Source: a bacterium
GTDB taxonomy: Bacteria > Auribacterota > Auribacteria > Auribacterales > Auribacteraceae
Direction of reading: 5' to 3'
Length of the DNA: 64,000 nt
Assembly: GCA_018435605.1 (NCBI GenBank)
Contig: JAHDNF010000012.1
Span: forward strand, 72,895 to 136,894
The notes under the pieces are model-generated. The model was not told where the DNA came from, did no database searches, and saw only the letters and a list, made by a program, of their open reading frames with translations. Shown piece by piece: positions 1-9,000 of this stretch. The stretch's first letter is position 1, and every line of letters begins with the position of its first letter. The position numbers were made by a program, and so were the translations under genes.

Positions 1-4
1 AACA

Positions 5-3000
5 GTGTTTAAGATTGACAAAAATTCACGTTCCGTTGTCGGTTATATTGAAAATATGACATTTGTTTCCGAGATACCGCAGGATATATCTAAACTGCCC
101 GCAGAATTTGAGAAACTGATAAGTACCGTAATGGCAAATGCTGAAACACGTAATGTCGGCCTTTTGCATCCGATACTTGACGGCGCGTTACGCAAAGTTC
201 TGCCGCCCGATGAAGTAGACCGCAGTATGATTGAAGTCGGTATCAGTTACGATGAAGTCGATTTGGTGACATTCCGTGTAGAACCTTATGCTGAAGGAAC
301 ACCTGCGAGTATCGTCTCAGCTGATCCTATGAGAATGTCTTATAGCGAATCGCCCGGAGCGTACGGCGATTTGTTTTCTATTGTCAGTACATTTACGGAT
401 CAGGCGCAGATGGATCGCATACGGGAAGATGACAACCGTCTACAGCTTCTTACTCTTTTTCACCGTCATGCGCAGGAACAGATACGGCAAGTGATCGAAC
501 TTCTTTACGATGCTTACGGATTAAGCCAATATCCAGTGGAACTGAATATAAAACTTGCGCCAGGACCGCTTGCCGATTCATTTTTTAGCGAAACGGAAGG
601 CTATAAACTGTACCTGAATGCTCATGCGTTCCGCTCTGCGGGTCTGTTATTTGCCCAATTGGAACATGAAATACGCCATGCTATGGTTAAACAGCAGGCA
701 CAATCTGCGCTTGAGTCGGTTATGCCGTCCGCTGAAATTACTCCGCGGATGGTCGATTTTATCACGGAAATGTACGTTGCTTTAAAAGAAATCCAACGCT
801 ACGACCAGTTCGGTCTCGATGCGGAACTTGGTGTTGCTACTAAAAAAGCCATTGAGGCAGTAGATAATCCTATTGATCCGCAAGGTGAATTTTACCAGAT
901 TACCCGTCTTGCCGGAGAACAACGGCGCGATGCGTTACTGGAATTAGTTGCCCGCAGGTTTTTTGTTGATGCCGATGCGCTACCGACACCTGAAGTTGTC
1001 ACGAATGCGGTAGCTCAGCTTGATATCCGCCTTTCGGCCATCGGTAAATTGGGTGATTTCAGCGTGTTTGTCAATGAAAAGGGACAGATTGTCCGTTTGA
1101 CTGAAGATGACCGTCAAGCTAATCTTGCGCGAGCTCAGAATCTTATAGATAACAAAGCGGCCTATATACCGAATCCGAAAACCGTTCTTATATCGCCGTC
1201 TGCCGTTATCGGGCATCTGGCAGAAATCAATGCCGACTCATCTATTCTCGGCGATAATATTACCATCGGACGCAAAGTTTCCGTCGGCAAGGGCGCTAAG
1301 ATTATATCCGACGGCGGTATCATAAATATTGACGAAGGCGTAGTTATAGACGATGGAGTTGTTATCCGCGCTAAAGTTGGCGAAACCATTGCTATCGGCG
1401 CTGGAACAAGGATACTCAAAGGAGCGTTAATAAGCGGTAATACTTCCATAGGCGAAAAAGCTCTTATTGACCAGTCGACACTTAAAAATGCCGCTGTTGC
1501 TAACAACACTCGAATTGTAGGCAGTGATGTATGGGGGCAGGCGGATAATCCGGTTATTATCGCACAAAACGCTCAGATTCTTTATTCTAGGTTGCGTTCG
1601 CTAGATAGAAGTATGGCGCAAACCGCCGATTTGCTGGAAGGCGGTGTGCCGTCCTCTCTATCTACTATTTTGACAGCGCAAAAGTATGTTGTCGATTCCT
1701 CACAAACCACAATCGGTTCGGGCACTGTTGTAGAAAAAGCGGAAATCATAAATAGTCAGATCGGAAGTAAAGCAACTGTTCGCGAAAATTCGCGTATAGT
1801 CCACAGCGTTATAGGAGATGGGTCTGTTGCGCGCGTTAATGCGGATATTAAGTTAACTTATATGGGGCGTGAAGTTGAGGTCGGTTCTGCTGTGGAAAGA
1901 TGTTATTTCGGGGACGGCGCGAAATCAGAACATCAAGGTTCCCGCCTTGAGCATCTAATCATGCCGAACGAGTATCCTGTAATCGACGCAAACGGAAATC
2001 TTGCACGAATACTTGTTCCTAATACATCTAATATTGGCGCTGGAACTATAGTGCAAAACAATACAGGAGTACCGATTATCGGATACAACCTGTTTACCGG
2101 TATCAATTCTAAGGTTGTTACCTCGGCGGATAATCCAACCGTTATTTATCCGTTTACATTGACCAAAGATACGACCGGCGGCGAATTGTTTCCATTCGCA
2201 TATTCTCAGCAGGTCGGTAAATCGATTGACGCTTGGATGCTGGACACTTATGTTGGAGCAGTTATCAATCACCATAAAAAGACATTGTCGCTTGCTAAGA
2301 AACTTGGATATCCGATGCACGATTTCGATCAGCTTTTCTCAGGTACCATGCGTCTTGCTGTTACAAAAGTGCAGAATAAACTTGATGAGTTGCGTAGTGA
2401 ATACGATACCGCTAATTTGCCGGGCAAACGTAGCGCCGAAACGATACAAAAAGATATCGATGCGTATAGTGTTGCATTTAATACGCTTAGCGCGCATCTC
2501 GAAAGCCGGTCGTGGGAACTGCAAAACGGACAGTTTGTCAACGGTGAGTTCGAATGGCATCCCGGCGACAAATGGTCTACTCCGGCGCTTAACGCTTTTA
2601 TGAAAATGAAGAATCAGGAATTGGAGAATTTCAAAAATATTTATACGGTTTTGCAGGAAAATTTGAATGTTCCGGATCAGTATGTGCCGGAATCATTTAG
2701 CGGAATGGCTGTCATGGAGACGGATGGAATCCGAGGAGTTGCCACCCCTGACAGGCTTATCGACGGTTCTCATGTAACGCCGGTGATGGGGTATAGACTT
2801 GGGTTGGTCGCGGCGTTGTATTCTGCGGCGCAGGGCAAAAATGAGATATATGTCGGCGGCGATACTCGTCCAAGCACTGACTATTTATTAAAACCCGTAA
2901 CGGATGCCGCCCGTAGTCTTGGTCTTACAGTCAAACATGTGCCGACAGCTATAGATCATACGCCCGGTGTGCAATATAAAGTCATGCAGGATGCTCAAGT

Positions 3001-6000
3001 AGGAGGCGGACTGGTGGTTACAGCGTCGCATAATCCGGCTAGGGATAACGGATTCAAGCTGTTGACGGAAACCGGTTCCAAGATTCCCGAACAATGGGAA
3101 AATATTGCCAATCGCATTGTTAACGCTAAAGACCTAGCCCATGAAATGGCGCAGGTCATAGAAGAGCTGGGTGGAACTGAAAAATTTCAGCCGTATCTCG
3201 ATAATCTTACACAAGGCAGAAAAGGTATGTTGCTCGACGCGCAAACTTCTGCTGATGAACAGTACGCTCAAGAAGTTGTCGACGCGCTGAAGATTCTTAT
3301 TCCTGCCGGGGCGCCTGCTACTACATTTACTATAGATACCGCCAGCGGAGCCGGCGTGCGGATATTGCAGACTCTTCAAAATAAATTGAATCAGATACCC
3401 AATTTTTCAATAGACTTAATCAATACCACCGGCGTCATAAATGAAGATCGAGGCGCGGAATATGTACATAAAAAACTCGCGAAAGATATAGCGGCAGGCA
3501 AAAAATTACCCGCTTGGCTTGACTCCGTTCGTGGTCAGGTTATCGGTACGCTGGACGGCGATGCGGACAGAAATCTGTTGTTGCGCCTAAATGACGACAA
3601 TACTCTTGAAGTGATTGACGGCGATAAGTTTGCCGCATTGAAAGCGTTTGTATTGCAAAAATATATGAAAGAAGCTGGCCTCCCTGACAGATTTAAAGTG
3701 GGAGCGGCGCAAACAGTTTTAGCTAACGTGGGTTCTGCAAGTTTCTTCGAACGCATGGGTATCGATGTTCAGGAAACCAAAGTCGGCGACAAATATGTTC
3801 GCGCGGCGGCTGAAGACTGGGCATACGGAAATACTGAAAAAGGGTTGCCGGCACACGGAGTAGCGGTTTACTATGAAGCCGCAGGACACGGATCGATCAT
3901 ATTTTCTCAGGATTTTATTGACGCGGTTAACGTAGCGCAACCCTCACCCGCAAAAGATGTATTGAGCGGAATAATTGCCATACAAAATATGGCAGGCGGG
4001 GACGGTATACGAAACCTATTGCTGTTCATGGCTTTAATGATGCGAGAAAACCTGACGTTCGACCAGTTGAACGATCCGGGCAATCTTTATGCCGAGATAC
4101 CTAAAGTCGAACTGGAAATGAAGGTCAAATATAAAAACAATGTTACATCAGTTGAAAATCTAGGTAAAGAGGTAACAGGCCCTGAAGATCTGGTAGTAGC
4201 GATTGCACAGTGGAAAGAACGGCTTGGCGATGGATATCGAATTATAATACGTCCTTCGGGTACATCGCAGAAAGTGCGCGTTCAGGTTGATGGCCCTGAC
4301 ACACAGTTAATTCAAGAAGCCGCTTACGGGTTGATGCAGTCGATTTATGACAGCCCCAATATTATAGGCGATCCGGCGGAACCCTTACCTAAAGATAAAC
4401 TCGCCGAAATAAAAGCCAATCTGCAGAAAGAACAGCAGACAAAACAGATAGCTCAGTTCCGGCAGGATAATCTTGCGCAAATAGAACAAACGGTTCGTCA
4501 GAATTTTAAAGAGGACGATCGCTATAAACCTATCGAGGTAACCGGACTGGCAGAAGTAGGCACCGATGGTATCCGAGGCAAAGCGGTTGCCGACCCTATT
4601 CTCGACAGCAAGCATATTACTCCGACCGTAGCGTATCGTATGGGTATAACTTCCGCTCTACACGCATGGGCGCAGGGAATGCCGGTAATACATGTAGCCG
4701 GAGATACCCGTCCGAGTACACCATATTTGATGGATGCGTTCATCGCAGGCGCACAGCAAATGGGCGTACAGGTACGTGTAGACGGGGTTAATCGGGTATC
4801 TTCTACACCGCAACTGCAGTTGTTTGCCCGTCAGGATGTTGTTACCGGCGCGGGCGGTATTATTACAGCTTCCCATAATCCAGCGCCTGACAACGGTATA
4901 AAATTGATCGACCATCAGGGCGGAAAAATATCTGCCCAATGGGAACAGATTACCAACGAAGTGGTCAACAGCTCCGACCTGCCGGCTACTATTGCCGGTA
5001 TAATCAGTACGTTCCAGACCAACGGACAGATCGACCGCAATAAAATTAACGTTGCTCTCGATACTCTCGGTAAAACGGGACAGGTTGTAATACGTGAGGA
5101 TGCCGCTGTTGCGCAGATCGGCAATAACCCTGCTTATGTAGAGAGAGTTACACAGACATTGAAAACTCTTTCTAAACTTGTGCAGGAAGAGTATCCGCAA
5201 CGGCGCGGCGAAGTTTTTTTAATCGACTCGGCAAGCGGGGCAGGCACGGCGGCGTTACAGCAAATAGCACAGCGGTTTAACGAAATGTATCAGGCAGGCG
5301 AAACTCATTATCAGATGCAGATCATCAATACCGATGGAGTAATCAACGAAGAAAAAGGAGCGGAATTCGTTCATAAAGAATTGGGCAAAGAAATAGCCGC
5401 CGGCAAACCGCTTCCTCACTGGATTCAGGAGCATGTCGGTGTTGAAATAGGTACTGTTGACGGAGATGCGGATAGAAACCTGTATTTCAAGGTAAACGAA
5501 GCGGGTGAACTGGAAGTTGTCGACGGAGATAAATTCGCGGCTTTAAAGGCAAAAGTACTCGATAAATATCTAAAGGAACTCGGGCTTGATTCTCAATTTC
5601 AGGTCGGCGTAGCCCAGACGGTGCTCGCTAACCTCGGTTCTAAAGGGTTCTTTGACCGCATGGGCATTCAGGTGCAGGAAACTGCAGTGGGTGATAAGTA
5701 TGTCCGTGCGGCGGCGCTTGATTGGGCAGTTGATCACGGTGTTGCCGTATATTATGAAGCGGCAGGGCATGGTTCTATTGTATTTAATGATGATTTTCTT
5801 AATACCCTGCGTCAGTATCAGCCGCAAACTTCTCAACAAGTCAGAGCTAAAGCAATACTCGACAGTATAGTAAATCTGCAAAATGAAGCCGGCGGTGACG
5901 GCATTATGAATCTGTTGCTGTTTAAGGCGTTAATGGAACTTGAAAATCTGAGTTTCGACCAGTTGAACAGCGATCAATTCCTGTACCGCGAATTACCTAA

Positions 6001-9000
6001 GACTGAACTGGAATTGAAAGTCGCTCATAAGGAAAATGTTACCTCTATAGAAAACCTCGGCAAAGATTTGACCGGACCGCGGGATGTGGTTGACTTTGTA
6101 GCTCGTACTAAGGCGGAACTGCGCGCGGAACTGGACGCAAGACTAGCCCGCGGTGAATTGACCGAAGCCGATTTACCGGTAAAAGAATTCAGGGTTATCG
6201 TTCGCTATTCCGGAACATCTCCTAAGGTACGAGTGCAGGTTGACGGGCCTGTTGCGGATTTGGCTCAGAAGTCGGCATATCAGATCATGCAGGCAATTTA
6301 TGACAGTGAAGCGGTAAAAGGCGATCCTGCAGAACGACGTCCTATGGATAAATATGAGGAGATCGTATCCGCACAGAAACAAAAAATGCTCTCCGAATTG
6401 ACCTTGACTATGGAAGACGGTGCGCGGTTTGTACACGGTTGGGACTTTTTAAATGAAAACGAACGGGTTGCAATTTTGCTCGATCTTTCAAGAAATGGAT
6501 TCACAGCTGATAAACTGGAAAAATTGATGGAAGTACATGCAAAAGGCGGCGAAAAAGCTATCGAAGCGCCTGCGCAGAAGGCAACTTTCGAAGCTCCGGA
6601 CATGAAGGATATTTCAGAAGCAAATATAGACGAACGTCAGAGGGCTATAGTGCTTGGCGCGTCCCAAGATAACGTCGATCGATCCGCATTGGTTGTCATT
6701 GCGGGCGGAGACGGCGGGCGATTGCTTAGCAATATGGGATTTACCGAGGAAGAAAAGTCTGCGTGGAGCAAACCGACAATTCCTGTAACGGCGGTAGCGA
6801 AAAAACCGCCGCTACAGCGTATCATAGAAACCATGGCAAAGGTTCGCGCCGACCGTCAAAGCGAAATACCTATTGTCGTGGTGGTAGGCCCGAAAAGCCG
6901 CGGCCCCATAGAAACATTTTTAAAGAACAATGACTATTTTGGGATTGAAAACATTGTTGTCTTAGAGCAGGGGAGATATCCGGTTCTAAGAACTATAGAG
7001 CAGGGTCAACCGCCTAAACTAATTCTAACTCCCGATAAAACCGTCGAGTACAATCCAGACGGTACGGGCGGTATTGTGGATGTCATGGCTACACCTGTTA
7101 CGGTACAGGGTAAACCTTTTACATCGGTCGTCGATTATCTTGATTCGGTCGGCCGGGACAAAGTGATTTTCTGGGGTGGAGACGTGCCCGGTCTGACTTC
7201 AGACTTATTCTATGGTATTCTCGGTGTCAGTAAAGGGGTTAGCGGCACGGAAGACGTCGATGTTGTCGGTTTGGCTTACGCCAGCCAGAACAAAGGCCTT
7301 GGTACCATGGTTATGATGAACGGCCAGACTGTAATGGTCATAGAAAATGTCGACCGTTCAAGCTATCTGGGTCTTGAAGAAGCTGACGACACAACCGACG
7401 GCAAAATGGGATTGCCGCGCAATAGCGGCGGATATATGATGTCCCTTGCGGCTATCAAAGACGTTATACAGAATTTTCCGGTGCACCTACAGGCTGAAAA
7501 AGATATAAACGGTTTTAATCCGGAAACCGGCGAACAGATACTCAAGGCCGATAAAATGGAAAAATTTTTCCCGGATATCTTTCCAATAGTGACTCAAAAT
7601 CCGCAACGATCGGTAATTATCGGTGTTTCCGATGAAAAAGATATGGTTCCCCAAAAATCCATACCGCAAATGCACAAAGCCAGTATTGAATTGATACAGC
7701 AGGATAAACAACGACTGCAACAGCAATATGGAGTAAATATACACGAAACAGCAGTGCTTGATGTGTCACCATTGTTTGAAGGAAACATCGGGAGTAATGT
7801 TTTTCTGGGTGAAAACGCGCAACTCTATGTTGGGCGCAACGTTTCTATCGGAAGTAATGTTTTGATAGGTAAAGACACTACTGTCCGAGGCGAGAATATT
7901 GTTTTGGGCAGAAATGTTGTACTGACAAATGGAAGTTCCGTTATGGTTGAAGGAACCGGTCAGCTGGTAATAGAGGACGGAACTATCGTTGACGGAAACG
8001 TCTCCATATTTGTACGTGACGGAGAACGTGTGGTAATAGGACCAAAATCGCAGATTCTTAACGATACTGTTATTTCGGGAGTAGTTACAATCGGCGAACG
8101 CGCTCAGCTGGATACTGCCAGAATATCTTTTGCCGTATTGCAAAATGGCGTCAGAGTCGAAAATAGTACGCTCGAGGGCGTTTCCGCGGCGTTGCCTGTT
8201 GTTCTGGGTAATGATGTGGTTGTGTCAGGCAGATCATTGTTAACAAATCTCCTTAAAGCGAAAGAATGGAGTTTTCTTGAAGCGGGCGATATACGCGACG
8301 ATTTTACGCCGGTGGACGATTTCGTGTTACGAAGATATAAAGTCGAATCACATCAAACAGTTATAGGTGACGGCACGGTCATTCACGACGCCCGAATAAA
8401 AAATACGAAAATAGGAAGTAACTCAGTTGTAGGACCGGGAGTAGCTATCGAACATAGCGATATCGGCAATGACGTACAGGTGCTAAAAGGCGCGAATATC
8501 ACAGTATCTAAAATTCTAGATAATGCGGTCATAGCGAGCGAAGTCAGCAAGAGTTTTCTTGGTGTCGGTTTCGTTACCGAAGGCACAAGAACATATTTGA
8601 GCACCATTGCCCCCAACGAATTTATCCTTGCAGACGAACAAGGTAATTTGCGGGTTGCGCAATTACCTAACCCTACTGTAATCGGCAATGGGACAGTATT
8701 CGCTAATTACGGAGGTAAACCGTTGCCTGACCTGAGCGGAAGCCAGAAAGGAACTTCGGTGATTTATGCGTCTTCCATCAGGGATAACGTGGTCAATCTG
8801 TATGATCATCCTGATGTTGCGTTGGTTGATCTGGTCAATCAACCGAATGTAACGGTTATTTATCCATTTTCCAAAACGAACAACGAGGTATGGGGTACAG
8901 TTTTGCCGTTCACGATAGCAAGTTCGCTTAGTCCGTTGGCACATCAGATCGGCGCTGTGCTTGATTCTGATCCGGCGATGATTGTGGATATGGTCAGAAG

